DNA of 42,669 bases, from contig CAXXSM010000165.1 of the NCBI GenBank assembly GCA_963663405.2, positions 1 through 42,669 of the forward strand, read 5' to 3'. Positions within the stretch are counted from its first letter, which is position 1. Each line of letters starts with the position of its first letter. The notes under the pieces are model-generated. The model worked only from the letters and a program-made list of their open reading frames with translations. It had not been told where the DNA came from and made no database searches. Positions 1 through 9,387 of this stretch are shown piece by piece. The stretch is from a bacterium (GTDB taxonomy: Bacteria > Hinthialibacterota > Hinthialibacteria > Hinthialibacterales > Hinthialibacteraceae). A program made the translations under genes and the position numbers.

Positions 1-79
1 CCAGCACAGCCCCGGAAGCGGCGCCCGCTCCAAATTGGACGAATCTTCTTCGATTGATACGGGTACGTTTTTCAACCAC
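1..79 (-). CDS. 5' end of a Tat-exported protein (runs off the window edge)
   Basis: My translation from GTG at 79 is MVEKRTRINRRRFVQFGAGAASGAVL, a twin-arginine motif plus a hydrophobic stretch. A GAGGTG RBS lies upstream. Confidence 0.75.
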   Translation of the reverse strand, partial: MVEKRTRINRRRFVQFGAGAASGAVL

Positions 80-138
80 GATACACCTCGATATGAGAAT
101 TTTACCCCCGATAAACCGCTTCAAATCCAACAGCCTTC

Positions 139-168
139 ATCTTACTGCGAGAGGCGGCTGGTTGTCAA
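139..168 (-). promoter_or_regulatory. sigma70-type promoter for the edge gene
   Basis: TTGACA-N18-TAAGAT on the minus strand, about 60 nt upstream of the GTG start. Confidence 0.5.
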
Positions 169-264
169 CAAAAAATGGGGATGAACAGAAATCTAACCTG
201 ACAGGATAGAAATTCAGTTATGGGAAGGCTTTTTCTCCCCTGGCATAATTTCCGGAACGTATCA

Positions 265-298
265 CCAGTAACGACAACGCCGCGTGGTGGCGGCTTTT
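265..298. repeat. 34-bp hairpin-containing repeat, copy 1
   Basis: CCAGTAACGACAACGCCGCGTGGTGGCGGCTTTT; 33/34 identical to 480-513. Confidence 0.9.
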
Positions 299-397
299 AG
301 ATGAAAAACCTTGCCCTGGCCACCCGCCTAACCGGGTAGAATAGAAATCCAATCACGAATTGCTTTGAAGCCTTGTACGGCTATGCGGGATTTTTCA

Positions 398-542
398 TTG
401 TCTGAACCTTGATTCTAAGGATTATAGGATTGCCATGATTAATAAATCAAGAAAATCATACGAATCAAGTAAGACAGCGCCAGTAACGACAACGCCGCGC
501 GGTGGCGGCTTTTGACTGGCTTTTTAATCATGGTTCAGACGA
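398..542. repeat. TGTCTGAACC...GGTTCAGAC palindromic (MITE/REP-like) element, interrupted by an insertion
   Basis: Matches the reverse complement of 20328-20418 except for about 55 extra bases at roughly 470-525. Confidence 0.8.
480..513. repeat. 34-bp hairpin-containing repeat, copy 2
   Basis: CCAGTAACGACAACGCCGCGCGGTGGCGGCTTTT, nested inside the 398-542 element. Confidence 0.9.
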
Positions 543-608
543 TTACGCCATCCTAAACAATGAGCGCAATGAACTAAAATGATTTTGTACTCAATTACCG
601 GATAAACC

Positions 609-1136
609 TTATTCTTTTTCCCAAGGCCCAATTAGTTCAATAAAGGTTCCATCGGGATCTTTGATCAGGATAAATCCATTCGCTTCGCCCAGTTTAATCG
701 GGGTTTCGCCCAGCATTTTCACTTTGTGCTTTTTAATACGCTCGATGAACGGTTTGAGATCCTTGACGAAGATCGTGATGTATTGAACGCCGGTGTGGGT
801 ATGGATGTATTCATTATCCTGCTTTTTGGCTTTCTTTCCGAAGGTCATTAATTTCAACTGCGTGGCGGCTTCGCCCGATCCCAGTTTCAACACTTCAACA
901 TTTATCGGCAGCCCATCCGTCAATCCCGACCGTTTGCCGAAATCCGCGTCCACACTGAACCGTTCCTGGTCGACTTGCGCCATTCCTACGACCTCTTTAT
1001 AAAAGGCGACGGACTTTTCCAAATCCGAGACGATCATACCCACCATGATCGTTTTATTCGCGAATTCTTCCTCCGCGGCGGGAACGCTGGACGCGGTGAC
1101 GGCCAATAAACACAATGCGAGTATCCAATTTTTCAT
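609..1136 (-). CDS. Secreted VOC (glyoxalase/bleomycin resistance) family protein
   Basis: Signal peptide; VSDLEKSVAFY and IKDPDGTFIELI motifs; GGAG RBS. Confidence 0.85.
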   Translation of the reverse strand: MKNWILALCLLAVTASSVPAAEEEFANKTIMVGMIVSDLEKSVAFYKEVVGMAQVDQERFSVDADFGKRSGLTDGLPINVEVLKLGSGEAATQLKLMTFGKKAKKQDNEYIHTHTGVQYITIFVKDLKPFIERIKKHKVKMLGETPIKLGEANGFILIKDPDGTFIELIGPWEKE

Positions 1137-1238
1137 CTTGATTCTCCTATGGTTTTTAGAAATGGATCATTCAGGAAACTTACAATACGGCGGAATAACA
1201 GGCGTGTCCAGGGGATTGATTGGCGCCGCTAAGTCAAC

Positions 1239-2288
1239 TCACACTTCGCGGCGCTTTTCCTGCTCGATCTCGGCGGCCATCATGTGTTCGTCATACGTTT
1301 TCATCTCGAATTCCCGCAATACATCAGCGACTTTCACATCGGGTGAACGGCTTTCGATAATCGTCCATTCTTCTTCTTGGTACGTTTTGATCTGGATTTT
1401 CCGCCCATATTTAGCAAGAATTTCTGGGAAATGCCGGTTATACGGCCAGGTATGGAGAAAGGCTTTTTCCAGATTCACCGGCGCGCAGACCCAGCCCCGA
1501 TTCCACCGGCCTGTCCAGGCGACATCCTCTCCGGTGATGTCACAGATCTTCGATGTGTCTTTCCGCGTGCTGGTCACGACACAATAGCGGTTCGTCATCG
1601 CCTTCGCGTTCAAGGCCTTGCCTCCCGCAAACGCGGACGCCCAAAACACAATTTCCGCTCCTTTCTTTTTCAGCCTCTGCCATCCATCCGGCCATTCGAG
1701 ATCAAAACAGATCTGCGCGCCGATTGTTCCAAAATCCGTTTGAAAAACAGGAGGATCGAGGGGACCGGGGCTGACGCCGTTTTTCATCTCTCCAATCGTT
1801 GGACGGATTTTCCGGTATTCCCCAATCGCGTTCCCTTCCCGGTCAATAATCACTGCGGCGTTATAATACTTACCGTCTTCGTGGGTATAGATAGGACAGA
1901 TCACATAACACCGGTTGTTCCGCGCATACTCCGCGAACGGTTCAGTCAATGGACCGATGAGTTTTTCCGAAGGCTCGGACGAATCGGACAGGTTGTTCGA
2001 GGACGCGCGAAGAAACGCTTCGGGCAGGCATACAATATCCGGTTGATACGGTTCGATCTCTTTCATCCGGCGGAGAAACTGCGCGGTATGATCTTTCGGC
2101 GTTTCCCCCTCGATCCCTTCTTGGGACACTGTCGCGATCCAAACTTCCCGCGGCAGTCTTGTGTTTCTATCTCTTAGTTCACTCGCGTTTGAAACCGCCG
2201 CATTGGATTGGATGATAGCCGCCATTCCAATCCCTGAGGAAATCCCTTTCATGAAACGGCGCCGGTTGGATGTAGAAGTGTTCATCAT
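1239..2288 (-). CDS. Tat-exported carbon-nitrogen hydrolase (nitrilase superfamily)
   Basis: NRRRFMK Tat motif; E-K-C catalytic triad motifs CLPEAF, YRKIRP, QICFD. Confidence 0.88.
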   Translation of the reverse strand: MMNTSTSNRRRFMKGISSGIGMAAIIQSNAAVSNASELRDRNTRLPREVWIATVSQEGIEGETPKDHTAQFLRRMKEIEPYQPDIVCLPEAFLRASSNNLSDSSEPSEKLIGPLTEPFAEYARNNRCYVICPIYTHEDGKYYNAAVIIDREGNAIGEYRKIRPTIGEMKNGVSPGPLDPPVFQTDFGTIGAQICFDLEWPDGWQRLKKKGAEIVFWASAFAGGKALNAKAMTNRYCVVTSTRKDTSKICDITGEDVAWTGRWNRGWVCAPVNLEKAFLHTWPYNRHFPEILAKYGRKIQIKTYQEEEWTIIESRSPDVKVADVLREFEMKTYDEHMMAAEIEQEKRREV

Positions 2289-2363
2289 TCCCTTGTCTCC
2301 TTTTACGAAACGTGTGTTGATCTTACTCTACGCCGGAAGGAGAACGGTTGTCCAGGGGATCAA

Positions 2364-3794
2364 TCAGCGGATATCATCGACAAGGCCTTTATCGTCTTTG
2401 CGGTTGGGGCCGATACTGCGGACATCGGGATAGATTTTGTCTTTCTCTTTGTAAAGGGAATAGATAAACTTCGATCCCCACGGATCCCGCTTCGGCAACA
2501 GAGGAGGCACGTAGGGGCCGCGCCAGGATTTCAAGTTAAAACTCTGGAAAAGCGCTTCGAGTCCATGATCGTCCGATGGATAACGGCCCACATCGACTTT
2601 GTACCGCTCAAGCGCTTTCCTATAGATATCGATAATCTCACCGATGCTGCGTGTTTCGGCGGGCAGCGTCATGGTCTCATCGATAGCGATACGGTGCGGA
2701 TGAAGAACGGGCATAGGGCCAAACGCGGGCAGCGTTTTCAATGGAGGAACCAACGGCTCCAGATTCACGGCGAGAGGCTCCGGTTCCCACTCGTTCCACG
2801 TCACCATCGCCTGCAGGAGAAAATCGACAATTCCCCGCTCCTTTGTTTTCAGGCGATTGCTGGCGGGAGTGACTTCCAACGTACTGCCGATTTGAAGGGT
2901 GTAGGGCGGATCGTCGCCCCGCCAGAAGGTTAAATCGCTTTTCCCTTTGAGCAAGGTGATATCAATCGCGCCGGCGGATTCTTTCTTTTCCAAATACAGC
3001 GCCGCTTCTTGTACCACAGTTCTCGCGGAATTAAATTTCCAGATCACTTGGTTCCGGCCCGATAAAGTCACGTTCACATTGATCCAGGCTTTGCCCTCGA
3101 TCAAGTCGAGGCCGATGCGATAGAACCGTGTCACCTGATCCAGGCGGATATCATCGAAGCGAATCTGTGTTTTCCCATACAATCCGATCTCTCCCACATC
3201 AGCGGCTTTGATCGTCGCGCGTGAATTGGGAGACACGGCTAAAATGGAATCCAGAGGAATCACAGAGCCTGTTTCCAATGCGGTTCCTTTGCCATCCCGG
3301 AGTGCGCGGGCGCTTTCATACACGTACACCCAACCGCGAATTTCCTTTGCGACCAGAGCGTCATTCTCTTGTTGGAGAATCGAGGATTTGTCTGGAGGGG
3401 TCTCTTCCTCCAATTCGGTCACAATCGCGCCTTCTTTACGCAAGCGTTCGAGAAGTTGGTCCACATTGACATCAACCGAAGTTTTTTCTGGGGTGGGTTC
3501 TACATTTCTGACCGTGCTGCGGTCAAGCAGAACGAGGGAATTATTGACGCGAATCTGCAGATAGGTATGACCGTTATGCGCCGCTTTCTGTTCCCCCACG
3601 ACCTCGCATAACAACCGGGAACCGTCTTTAAGCGTCACAATATCCGCAAATGAGAGACCGTGCAGGAAGAAAATGAAAACCGTGGAGAACACAAAGAAGC
3701 TAAATCCCGCGCCCGGCGCCCGGCATTTTCTTGATGAATGATATCGCGGGCGCCGAATCCAGGGCCACGCATATGGATCGATTGATTCACGCAT
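2364..3794 (-). CDS. Membrane/secreted protein with FecR-like middle domain and C-terminal GspG (T2SSG)-like domain
   Basis: N-terminal hydrophobic segment; FecR-like beta region (VSPNSRATIK, LDLIEGKAW); C-terminus ALERYKVDVGRYPS..GLEAL..WRGPY..DPWG..VRSIGPN..DDI. Confidence 0.7.
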   Translation of the reverse strand: MRESIDPYAWPWIRRPRYHSSRKCRAPGAGFSFFVFSTVFIFFLHGLSFADIVTLKDGSRLLCEVVGEQKAAHNGHTYLQIRVNNSLVLLDRSTVRNVEPTPEKTSVDVNVDQLLERLRKEGAIVTELEEETPPDKSSILQQENDALVAKEIRGWVYVYESARALRDGKGTALETGSVIPLDSILAVSPNSRATIKAADVGEIGLYGKTQIRFDDIRLDQVTRFYRIGLDLIEGKAWINVNVTLSGRNQVIWKFNSARTVVQEAALYLEKKESAGAIDITLLKGKSDLTFWRGDDPPYTLQIGSTLEVTPASNRLKTKERGIVDFLLQAMVTWNEWEPEPLAVNLEPLVPPLKTLPAFGPMPVLHPHRIAIDETMTLPAETRSIGEIIDIYRKALERYKVDVGRYPSDDHGLEALFQSFNLKSWRGPYVPPLLPKRDPWGSKFIYSLYKEKDKIYPDVRSIGPNRKDDKGLVDDIR

Positions 3795-3806
3795 CCGATT
3801 CGCTCC

Positions 3807-4568
3807 TTAAGAAGCCTGACAGATTCGTTTATTAATCAGGCTGGCGGTGTAACCCGCTCCAAATCCATTATCAATATTAACGACAGTCACACCGGCGCTG
3901 CAGCTGTTCAACATGGTCAGCAGGGCTGATAAACCACCAAAACTCGCCCCATATCCAACGCTCGTGGGAACGGCGATAACGGGAGCATCCACCAATCCAC
4001 CGACAACGCTGGCCAGCGCCCCTTCCATACCCGCTACGACGACAATCACATTCGCGTTGCGAATCATATCCAAGCGGCCCAGCAGACGATGAATCCCCGC
4101 GACGCCGACATCGGCGAGCATCTCGGCGTTCGAGCCGGTAAACCGGGCTGTGATCGCCGCTTCTTCCATAACAGGAAGATCCGACGTGCCCGCCCCAATG
4201 ACGAGAACATTACCCACTTTCTCTTCCTGTTTCTCTCCTTCGATCACCAAGGCCCGCGACCGTTCGTAATAGATCGCTTCTGGAAATTCTTTCCGCAGTG
4301 GATCGATTGACGGATCCGGAACACGCGTGGCCAAAACGGGACTTTGATTGTTCCGCAGCCGTTTAACTATCTCAATTGTATCACGAGTCTCTTTGTTTTG
4401 ACAAAAAACCACTTCGGGCGCTCCTTGGCGAAGAACGCGGTGATGATCGATATTCGCGAAGCCAAGGTCTTCATAGGGAAGATGCTTCAACCGGTCCATA
4501 GCCTCATCCACGGGGAGAGAACCGGATTGAACTTGAGCGAGTAATTCACGAAGAGTATCAGGATTCAT
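3807..4568 (-). CDS. larB: Nickel pincer cofactor biosynthesis protein LarB (PurE-like)
   Basis: DLGFANIDHHR..PEVVFC, AGTSDLPV, DVGVAGIHRL, VAGMEGAL, PTSVGYG and VVNIDNGFGA motifs. Confidence 0.92.
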   Translation of the reverse strand: MNPDTLRELLAQVQSGSLPVDEAMDRLKHLPYEDLGFANIDHHRVLRQGAPEVVFCQNKETRDTIEIVKRLRNNQSPVLATRVPDPSIDPLRKEFPEAIYYERSRALVIEGEKQEEKVGNVLVIGAGTSDLPVMEEAAITARFTGSNAEMLADVGVAGIHRLLGRLDMIRNANVIVVVAGMEGALASVVGGLVDAPVIAVPTSVGYGASFGGLSALLTMLNSCSAGVTVVNIDNGFGAGYTASLINKRICQAS

Positions 4569-4815
4569 AGTAAAACATTGCTTTCAGCGTATTCATTTAA
4601 CGCCTCGAACCAGCGAATTGATGTTACCGGCGCCTAAGGACTCTATCAATCCCCGCAGGGAAAGAATCACTCTTTGGCGATACGAATCCACATTAAAGGA
4701 AGCGTTTTTGATATAGTTTTGATTATACTCGATGTGAAATGAGGGCGGGCGCTCAGGACAAGTTTTTTTGGAGGCGGGCGCCTGGCGGATTGATGATTCG
4801 ATGTCTTTGATGAAT

Positions 4816-6408
4816 CTATTGACTGAGTTGATCCATCAATTCCGTGGCCTCTGGATTGTTGGGAGAGCGTTTTAGAACCTGTTTTAGGATATTTTGCGCA
4901 TCCCGGAAGTTTTCCCCTTCGATATTCTGACGCGCTTCTAAAATGAGCATGGTGATTTCTTTGTTTTTCGATTCCGCCTGACCAATAATCTTTTTGGATT
5001 CCTCTAAGTTTTTGGGATGATCGGCGGAAAGCGATTTGGCGCGTTCGGCCAGTTCGATGGCTCGATCGTAGGCGCCATCATCTAAATACTCTTTAGCGGC
5101 TTTCAGGTTCTGTTCGGCCAACTGCGCCCGTTTTTGAGCGCGCTGCCGTTCGCGTTCCAACGCTTCCTGCCGCCGGGTTTCCTGTTCCAGCGGATCGTCG
5201 AGAATGCGTTGGATATAATCTTGCAGATAAATCGCGGTTTTGTGATCACTCACCCGATCGAGGATGATTCGCGTATTATCCATCGCGAGTTGGAAATTAT
5301 TGTTCTCCAGGTTTTTCAACACTTCCGCAACCAAACCGTTCGCATATTTCATATCCACGATCCGGCGTTCATACTCGGCGATCTCATCGCGCAGTTGGTT
5401 GATATCCTCGCGCATTTTTTCCACGGCGGTTTCTTTACTGGCCGTCAGATTATTCAACGCCTTGTCACGGTCGGATTTGACACTTTTAATCGTGTTTTGG
5501 GCCACGACTAATTTGTCTCGGAAATCGTTCGCGCGATCGTTCGCTTCCTTTATTTCTTTATCCTTTTCCGCGATCGTTTTCTGGTACTCCAGAATGTCAT
5601 TTTTGTTCTTATTAATGACAGCCTGCATGGGACTCATCCGGCTGATTTCCCGTTTTTGTTCGTTGATCTGATTCGTCAGTTCCTGGATTTTATCTTGCTG
5701 TTCTTTCTCAGAAGTCCTGTTCTGTTCCAACCGGCGGGTCATTGAACGTTGATACGTATCATATTGTTTTTCTTTTTCTTCGAGTTGCCCTTTTAACTTA
5801 CCCAATTCGGCTAACAGACCATCAATTCCACTTTTAGGAAAATCTTTGGTGAATTCCTCGTATTTGATTTTCCACTTTGTGGCATCGTCTGTACTGACGC
5901 TGAGCTGATCCTTCAAATCACTGATCTCACTCGAATGAAAGTAAGATTTCACACCGAAGTAGGCCGTTGTCACCAACAACAGCGCCGCGATCACTCCTAA
6001 TGAGATCGAGGAAAGCAGGAACGGGCGTCTTATTTGTTCTTCCGCCCAATCTTCCTCCATGTGGCGCGCTTTGTCGATATTCGAATACGCTTTTTCCATT
6101 TCAGGATCGATCGAGAGACAACGCTCCCACGCGTCGATCGCCTCGCTGTAAAGACCCTTTTGAGCGTAGACCGTTCCCAGCAGGTTATGGTAATTGGGAT
6201 TTTGGGACGACAGAGCCAACGCGGCTTCCAACTGACCGATGGCCTCGTCCAGCCGTCCACCATGAGCCAAAGCCAGCGCCTCATTATAATGAGTGTTGGC
6301 GGTGTCCATTACGCTTTTAATCGTGGTAAGGTCTTCACCGCAACTTTCGCAAACCGTGGCTTCGACGGGATTACTGGCGCCACACGCGGGACATATAATC
6401 GCATCCAT
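4816..6408 (-). CDS. Zn-ribbon + TPR + single TM + coiled-coil + TPR protein
   Basis: CPACG..CESCG zinc ribbon, about 3 TPRs, TM helix (LLSSISLGVIAALLLVTTAYFGV), long coiled coil, C-terminal TPR-like helices. Confidence 0.8.
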   Translation of the reverse strand: MDAIICPACGASNPVEATVCESCGEDLTTIKSVMDTANTHYNEALALAHGGRLDEAIGQLEAALALSSQNPNYHNLLGTVYAQKGLYSEAIDAWERCLSIDPEMEKAYSNIDKARHMEEDWAEEQIRRPFLLSSISLGVIAALLLVTTAYFGVKSYFHSSEISDLKDQLSVSTDDATKWKIKYEEFTKDFPKSGIDGLLAELGKLKGQLEEKEKQYDTYQRSMTRRLEQNRTSEKEQQDKIQELTNQINEQKREISRMSPMQAVINKNKNDILEYQKTIAEKDKEIKEANDRANDFRDKLVVAQNTIKSVKSDRDKALNNLTASKETAVEKMREDINQLRDEIAEYERRIVDMKYANGLVAEVLKNLENNNFQLAMDNTRIILDRVSDHKTAIYLQDYIQRILDDPLEQETRRQEALERERQRAQKRAQLAEQNLKAAKEYLDDGAYDRAIELAERAKSLSADHPKNLEESKKIIGQAESKNKEITMLILEARQNIEGENFRDAQNILKQVLKRSPNNPEATELMDQLSQ

Positions 6409-6542
6409 GAATTCACTCCTTCTTTCTACATCGAACTCTCTATGTACTTATTATATGACAAATTTATATAATTCAAAATATAACGAAACATGCGCCACGC
6501 CGGTTCTTGGGAGATTCCATCCTTTTCCCCACTCGGATGGGT

Positions 6543-6573
6543 GGCAAGGGTAAGGTTTTATTCTACCCTTGCC
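6543..6573. other. 10-bp inverted repeat (hairpin or operator)
   Basis: GGCAAGGGTA-N11-TACCCTTGCC upstream of the TPR gene. Confidence 0.45.
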
Positions 6574-6630
6574 TAATATCAAATCATTTAAACTTTTCTA
6601 ACCTTATATCAAATGCTTCGGTTTTTTTCT

Positions 6631-6652
6631 GCGGGCGGGACGCCCGCGCTCT
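6631..6652. repeat. GC-rich REP-like palindrome
   Basis: Reverse complement AGAGCGCGGGCGTCCCGCCCGC; related to 12390-12413 and to degenerate halves at 4741 and 4770. Confidence 0.6.
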
Positions 6653-6718
6653 ATTATAGTTTACGCAACCTTAATTAATAAAACGAAAGAGGAAAACACT
6701 CCGTTACGAAAACGATAG

Positions 6719-6750
6719 AAAAAGAACGAGACGGCCTGAAAGACCGTCTC
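6719..6750 (-). terminator. Intrinsic terminator after the Hsp70 gene
   Basis: Minus strand GAGACGGTCT-TTC-AGGCCGTCTC followed by GTTCTTTTT. Confidence 0.7.
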
Positions 6751-6783
6751 AGTATAGTTTATCCGGGTATGAAAAACGATGGA

Positions 6784-8538
6784 TTAATAATCGGCGGTTT
6801 CATACTTTGAAATCAAATCGTTCAGCAGTTCCATTTTCTCCTGCACCGAAACTTCATCCGCTTCCTCACGGGCGATTTCCAGTTCGGAGACAACGCGCCG
6901 GGCGTCTTCCGCCATCGGATCGTCACTGTCGGAGAAGAGGCGCTTAGCGCGGAAGACCATGCTGTCCACCTCGTTCTCCACATCTTCCCGCTCCCGCGCG
7001 GCCAGGATTTTCGCCACACGTTCCTGCGCTTCCTGCCGCAGCCGTTGGACATCCTCATCCGCCAGCCGGTTATCGGTTGATTCAACGGTAATGGTCACTT
7101 CCTGATCGGTGGTAAGGTCTTTCGCTGTCGCTTCGAGAATCCGGTCTTGATTCAACCGGAAGAGCACTTCAACACGGGGCACGCCACGGGGTGAAGGAGG
7201 AATATTCTCGATTCGCAGCATATCGAGGAATGTATTGGCCGACGCGACCAGCTCTTCCCCTTCGAAAATGGGGAAACTGATCGCCGTTTGAAAGTCTCTT
7301 GTCGTTGTGAATAGATCCCGCGCTTCGGTTGGATAGGTGGAATTGCGTTCAATCAAAACACCGTACCGGTCGTCTGAAAGCCCAACCCCCAGGGAGAAGG
7401 GTGTCAAGTGAACAATCACCGGCCCATCTCTATGCACTTGATCCGCCGCGTATTCCTGGAATTCATCGTCAAGTGGAGCGAGGATCGAGGCTTGGATGGC
7501 GGCGCCCAACGCGACGCATTCATCCGGATTCACATCTTTCCGGGGATCTTTTTCAACCACTTTGTGGACGAGTCGCTGAACGGCGGGAATACGCGTGCTG
7601 CCTCCGACCAGGAGAACGTTGGAAATATCATTCGACGTCAGGCCCGCGTCCTCGATCGCCTCATAGCAAGGCCTCACGGTCATTTCTAAAAGATCAGCGA
7701 TCAGGCTTTCAAAGGTCGCCCGAGTCAATTCCTCCTCCAGGGTGATCGGCCCTTTGGATGTCATGGCGATCGCTTCAATGATGATATGCGTTTTGGTGAC
7801 GCCGGACAGTTCGATCTTGGCTTCCTGGGCGGCTTCACGAAGGCGGAACATGGCTTTGGGATCTTGTGATAAATCAATCCCTTCTTTTTCCTTGCACCGC
7901 TCAAGAAGATAATCAACGATTCGCTTATCGAAATCATCACCACCCAGGTGGTTGTTTCCTTTAATGGAAAGAACCTGGAAAACACCCTCGACCATTTCAA
8001 TAATGGAAACGTCGAAGGTCCCGCCGCCCAAGTCGTACACCATGAGAACCTGATCGCTTTCTTTCTCCAACCCATAAGAGATGGCGGCGGCGGTCGGTTC
8101 ATCGATGATGCGGCGGACATGAAATCCAGCGATCTGTCCCGCATCCCGTGTCGCTTGGCGTTGCGCGTCAGTAAAATAGGCGGGAACGGTGATAACCGCT
8201 TGAGGGCATTCTTCACCGAAATAGTTTTCCGCGTCGGTTTTGAGTTGTTGGAGCACACACGCCGAAATCTCCTGTGGCGTATATTCTTTTCCATCTATTT
8301 CAACGCGATACGCAGTCCCCATATGCCGCTTGATAGAAAACACCGATCGTTCGGGATTCAACCCTGCGGCGCGACGCGCTTTTTTCCCAACGAGTACCGT
8401 GCCATCATCTTGATAGTACACGACAGAGGGGGTAATCCGGTCCCCCAATTCGTTCGTGATGATGGTCGGTTTATCTCCTTCCATATACGCGACAACGGAG
8501 TTCGTTGTCCCAAGGTCTATTCCTAAGATGCGTGCCAT
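6784..8538 (-). CDS. Hsp70/DnaK-family paralogue (divergent linker and substrate-binding domain)
   Basis: [32 protein letters not shown] motifs. Start moved to ATG 8538 (MARILGID), which follows a GGAGG RBS. Confidence 0.93.
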   Translation of the reverse strand: MARILGIDLGTTNSVVAYMEGDKPTIITNELGDRITPSVVYYQDDGTVLVGKKARRAAGLNPERSVFSIKRHMGTAYRVEIDGKEYTPQEISACVLQQLKTDAENYFGEECPQAVITVPAYFTDAQRQATRDAGQIAGFHVRRIIDEPTAAAISYGLEKESDQVLMVYDLGGGTFDVSIIEMVEGVFQVLSIKGNNHLGGDDFDKRIVDYLLERCKEKEGIDLSQDPKAMFRLREAAQEAKIELSGVTKTHIIIEAIAMTSKGPITLEEELTRATFESLIADLLEMTVRPCYEAIEDAGLTSNDISNVLLVGGSTRIPAVQRLVHKVVEKDPRKDVNPDECVALGAAIQASILAPLDDEFQEYAADQVHRDGPVIVHLTPFSLGVGLSDDRYGVLIERNSTYPTEARDLFTTTRDFQTAISFPIFEGEELVASANTFLDMLRIENIPPSPRGVPRVEVLFRLNQDRILEATAKDLTTDQEVTITVESTDNRLADEDVQRLRQEAQERVAKILAAREREDVENEVDSMVFRAKRLFSDSDDPMAEDARRVVSELEIAREEADEVSVQEKMELLNDLISKYETADY

Positions 8539-8748
8539 AAAAAATTCGCTCCTCCGGTTCAATCATCCACCGGCTGAAATTTGCCTAATATATCATAAAA
8601 ATAAAATTTTGTCCTGATTAAGACTCGACAAATTTTTTATTCTAAGTTACCGCAAACTCTTCCAAGGAAAACCGCCCTCATGGAGACTTGGTCTTACATA
8701 AGAATCGTCTGAGTCATGCAGGCGTTTATTACCCTTTAAAAACTATTA

Positions 8749-9387
8749 TCAATCGCGGTCGATCTCTTCCAGAGGTTCTTCCGTTTCCCCAGTCAACTCG
8801 TCTTCCACCGCTGTCTCCTCTTCCATAGAAGGATCGAGTAATTGAGTTCCAGGAACATAGCCGGGATTTTTCGCGACGATGACTTTTGCGTCACGCAGAA
8901 TCCGGGCGCCATACTGATACCCTTTGACCATCTCTTCCAGCACAATATTGTCCGGCGCGTCGTTCACTTCCCGGACGTCAATCACTTCCTGGCTGGAAAG
9001 GTCCAACGGTTTTCCCACTGATTCTATCGCAACCAATCCCTCTTTTTCTAGAGCCGAGAGAAGACGGAGATATAGTTTTTCCAGCGTGTTGAGCCAATTC
9101 GAGAGGATTTCATCCTCCACAATGTTCTGCGATTGCGCATACTTGAAGATGCTGTTGAATCCGTCCAGAATAGGAAGGATCTTACGAAAAAACTCGATCT
9201 TTTCCTTATCGACGCCCGCGTTTCGGATCGGGAACCGGCGGCCTTGCTGATTGGTGACAGATTGCTTCTGTTTTTTATAGAGAAGACTTAACGCGTCGCT
9301 TCCTTTAACGCTGAGAATTTCCAGCGGCAGGTTTTCAATCGGGAACGCGTCCCTTAATTCATCGGCGTTTTGGGACCAGCCTTTCAT
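8749..9387 (-). CDS. grpE: Nucleotide exchange factor GrpE (paralogue)
   Basis: FFRKILPILDGF, GLVAIESVGKPLD and KGY..GARILRDAKVIVAK motifs; ATGA overlap with the upstream gene. Confidence 0.88.
   Translation of the reverse strand: MKGWSQNADELRDAFPIENLPLEILSVKGSDALSLLYKKQKQSVTNQQGRRFPIRNAGVDKEKIEFFRKILPILDGFNSIFKYAQSQNIVEDEILSNWLNTLEKLYLRLLSALEKEGLVAIESVGKPLDLSSQEVIDVREVNDAPDNIVLEEMVKGYQYGARILRDAKVIVAKNPGYVPGTQLLDPSMEEETAVEDELTGETEEPLEEIDRD

Noticed and set aside
265-513. Possible CRISPR array (34-bp palindromic repeats)
   Set aside because: Only two copies, 181 bp between them, and no cas genes.
4719-4805. A further duplication flanking degenerate REP halves
   Set aside because: The shared TTGAT..TCGATGT match is too short and gapped to support.
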